Assembly (NCBI GenBank): GCA_036172245.1
Contig: JAYWIR010000015.1
Location: 992,001-1,056,000, forward strand
Length of the DNA: 64,000 nucleotides
Direction: 5' to 3'
Source of the DNA: Raillietiella orientalis
Taxonomy: Eukaryota
The notes below the pieces were generated by a model. The model did no database searches and was not told where the DNA came from. It worked only from the letters and a program-made list of their open reading frames with translations. Position numbers and translations under genes: made by a program. Positions 61,607 through 64,000 of the stretch are shown here, piece after piece; position 1 is the stretch's first letter; the number at the start of each line of letters is the position of its first letter.

Positions 61607-62375
61607 TTCTCACCCGGGTGCGCCGGGACGTTTATTGCTAAACTATCCAGAAACAGAGTTCCCGGACAAAAGACACAGAGAAAACGAAGGAGGAGATCCC
61701 TGACACGCAGGTCGGTAAACCGAAAGTCCGGAACGGGAGGGAGGGAACCACAAATACACATACAAAAAATAGAAATAAAGGTATGGGGAGGGGAAGGGAA
61801 AGGGGTCTTTGGTTTGGGCCGTTCCTTTCCTTCAGAACTGGCTATGGATGCCGGTGATCTCGCTCCTAACGTCCTCTGGAAGATGGGCCCACTCGGCAGC
61901 CGACGTCATGTTCTCGTCGGCTATTCCGGTGGCCTGACGACGAATCGCCAGCTTTTCCAGCTCTCGGTGGGCCTTGTCGATGGCGCGGGTGCAACAGACC
62001 GTTGTGATGACAGCACCTAAGGACAGGCCGCCTGGCATGAAGAAGCGGCGCATCAAGTCTCTCGCGGTATCCCCATGGTGCAGGAGAGATGAGGCCAGCC
62101 TCCGCCAAAGTCCTAGGAGGGCACCGCAGTCCAGGAGCAGGTGCGGGAGCGTTTCCACTTCCCCGCACCGTTTACAGTTCGGGGAGACAACTCCCCCGGA
62201 AACACGGTTCGTCCGCTGGATGGAGTGAAAACCCCAATGCACCAGCATGATGACGTCCTGCTTCCACGAAAGGGGGAACACAGAAGTGTTCAAACAAGAG
62301 GGAGAGACCACAAGTTCTTCAAAGAATTTTTCTCTATACGAGTGCAACCGCCTACCATTCACGGGATCACAAAGT
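61607..62375 (-). mobile_element. Young 5'-truncated L1/Tx1-like LINE, copy 2 (open ORF2 C-terminus + 3' UTR)
   Basis: Uninterrupted frame 62374-61832 with 'LVHWGF...SPNCKRCGEVETLPHLLLDC....LW'. About 225-nt 3' UTR with AATAAA. About 95% identical to 11946-12528. No clear TSD found. Confidence 0.9.
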
Positions 62376-62379
62376 CAGG

Positions 62380-64000
62380 GAGAATGTCTCTTGAAGGTGC
62401 TCTGCACATGTAAAGACAGATCTATGGACACAAAGCTCACTAATTCACCTTGCGGTTGCATCTGTTTTCAGGAAACCTCCGTCGCAAGCAACGGTTGCTT
62501 CGAAGCTGCCGTCTTTCAAATGATTGCAGCCAAGCAGCGAAGAAACATCACAAATGCACACTCACGAATTTGCTGGTGCGAAAGTTCTATGGGGAAAAAA
62601 ATCCTCCATTGCCTTACTGAAGATGCATGAAACAAGAGGTTTCAGATTGCTGCATGACCCAGTGTTGGCTTCTTCTAGAGATTTTCCATTTCCGCAAGTA
62701 AAGGAAACTTTCGAGACACTAGGAAAACCGTGTGCATACCCAGAGTCTGCTTGATCACGAGATTGGAAGCTACTAAGATAAATCTCGAAGAATCTGTAAG
62801 GAAAAAGTTCCCATGGTACAGGAGAAAACGGAAAAGTGAGATGGAGCACACAAGAGAGTTTCCACCTGATAAGCCGCCTGCGTTGGATTTCGCAAGAGCT
62901 TCGTCAGGAGTGGCAACCGTACTGAGGCTGAAAGATGCATGGAAACTGCGTTGGCAAACTCAAAACTGATGAATGGGCTCTCCATGTGAGTTCCGCATTC
63001 AAAGTGACTTCATTTCTAACTTGGGGCTGACTCTCTAGAAGAGAGAGGCTGATTGCAACCAAAACAGTAAAAAGAATTGATAAACTTCCGAAAACCAGTC
63101 AGGCGAGGTCCAGATCGTCTCTAGTCACCTTCCAATTCTGACATCAGCATCATCGCAGCTGCTCCAAGAAACCGACGAAATCTTCTGGACAGTCGTGAAG
63201 AGCCTTCAGTCAGATCGTCGGATATGACGATGATCTGGTTGCACAAATCTCATCTAGTAGATTGAATCCTTGCTCCCTTCTGTTATCATCCAGCAGTGGC
63301 GCATGCTGTGTTCCATCCGCACCTGTCAAGCGCACCTTTCATTCTCTTGCATTGCAGATTGCTGCTTTTTTTAAAAAAAAAAAAAAACATTTCCATACAT
63401 AATCTCTTCTTAGAGGCACGCTTAGTGCCTTCTCGACTGACTGTTTCCATCGTTTTCTGTTCTGCCTCTCGGACAATCATCCCAGAGGCGGTATTAAAAA
63501 GCTTGAGACAATTCTTCTTTGACAGCTGGAGTTTATCTGAACTTCCTGGTTCTGAGAAAGGAACCGACAAACAAATCTCTCTCCCCCTTCTGCATGCCGA
63601 CCCAGCGCAGCATCCAGCAAACCAGGACAGCAGCTCCAGCGCGGAAAATAGGAAGCTGAGGAAGTCTTCTATGGCATACATTGGAAACTTGCATTGCACC
63701 TATCACTTTGTCATCTACTTTTAGCAGATAAAGTCAGAAATGCGGAACATTACGGATTTGCATTTCTGCAAACCTCAAGAACTGCAGTTGATACCATGTG
63801 TGTGATAAGAATGAGAGAAAGGAGGCCATTATATCTGTTGCAGCTCAACGAAAACAAAGACTGAAATGGTACTGGCGCTTTCGTGCTTCTCGTAACTTCC
63901 ACAAAGTCCAAGCTTTTTTTTATCAGCATTGGATGTAGACTTGGTCGTAGGGATGCAGCTATAAGTTTCCTTTGTACCTGCGCATCTGAAGCTTTCCGAT
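62380..64000 (-). mobile_element. LINE linker/RT remnant, running off the window end
   Basis: 'EGTKRASKKRLCMEMFFFFFKK', 'TSPDWFSEVYQFF' (cf. PGPDG+..EFY+.F), 'LLRNPTQAA', 'TCGNGKS...KPLVSCIFSKAME' (cf. NG....RQG.PLSP.LF...ME). Confidence 0.6.

Noticed and set aside
1..64000. CRISPR arrays, rRNA, telomeric arrays, conserved plant miRNAs, LTR pairs
   Set aside because: By eye I found no regularly spaced repeats, no rRNA motifs, only isolated TTTAGGG, no full match to miR156/160/166/171/319/390 and no long direct terminal repeats. The 11.9 and 61.6 kb repeats are LINE 3' ends, not LTRs.

Overview
Eukaryotic, repeat-saturated DNA with no recognisable host gene, rRNA, tRNA or CRISPR array. Nearly all of the many short ORFs are noise or frame-shifted pieces of retrotransposon proteins. 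Read across frames, most of the 64 kb appears tiled by 30 or more nested, heavily decayed L1-clade (plant L1/Tx1-like) non-LTR retrotransposon remnants. These show ORF1 with DUF4283-like and zinc-knuckle motifs, and ORF2 with APE endonuclease, RT, post-RT 'FLW...W..+..PK..GGLG' and zf-RVT 'C..C...ET..HLL..C' motifs. Three look nearly full length (about 1-4.9 kb +, 39.5-46 kb -, 53.5-60.2 kb -). The clearest elements are two about 95%-identical, 5'-truncated copies of a much younger family (11946-12529 and 61607-~62375). Both lack a poly(A) tail, end in a 10-bp palindrome and abut the same RCAGC motif; the first has a 12-bp target-site duplication. Other points of interest are a roughly 3:1 minus-strand bias of the remnants, two CpG-rich islands inside fossil ORF2 sequence, several micro-inversions/triplications consistent with template switching, and many expanded homopolymers. 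Old-element boundaries are approximate, and the domain calls come from by-eye motif matching, not database searches. The ORF1/ORF2 motif style suggests a streptophyte plant or alga (inference). I found no convincing novel protein-coding system.
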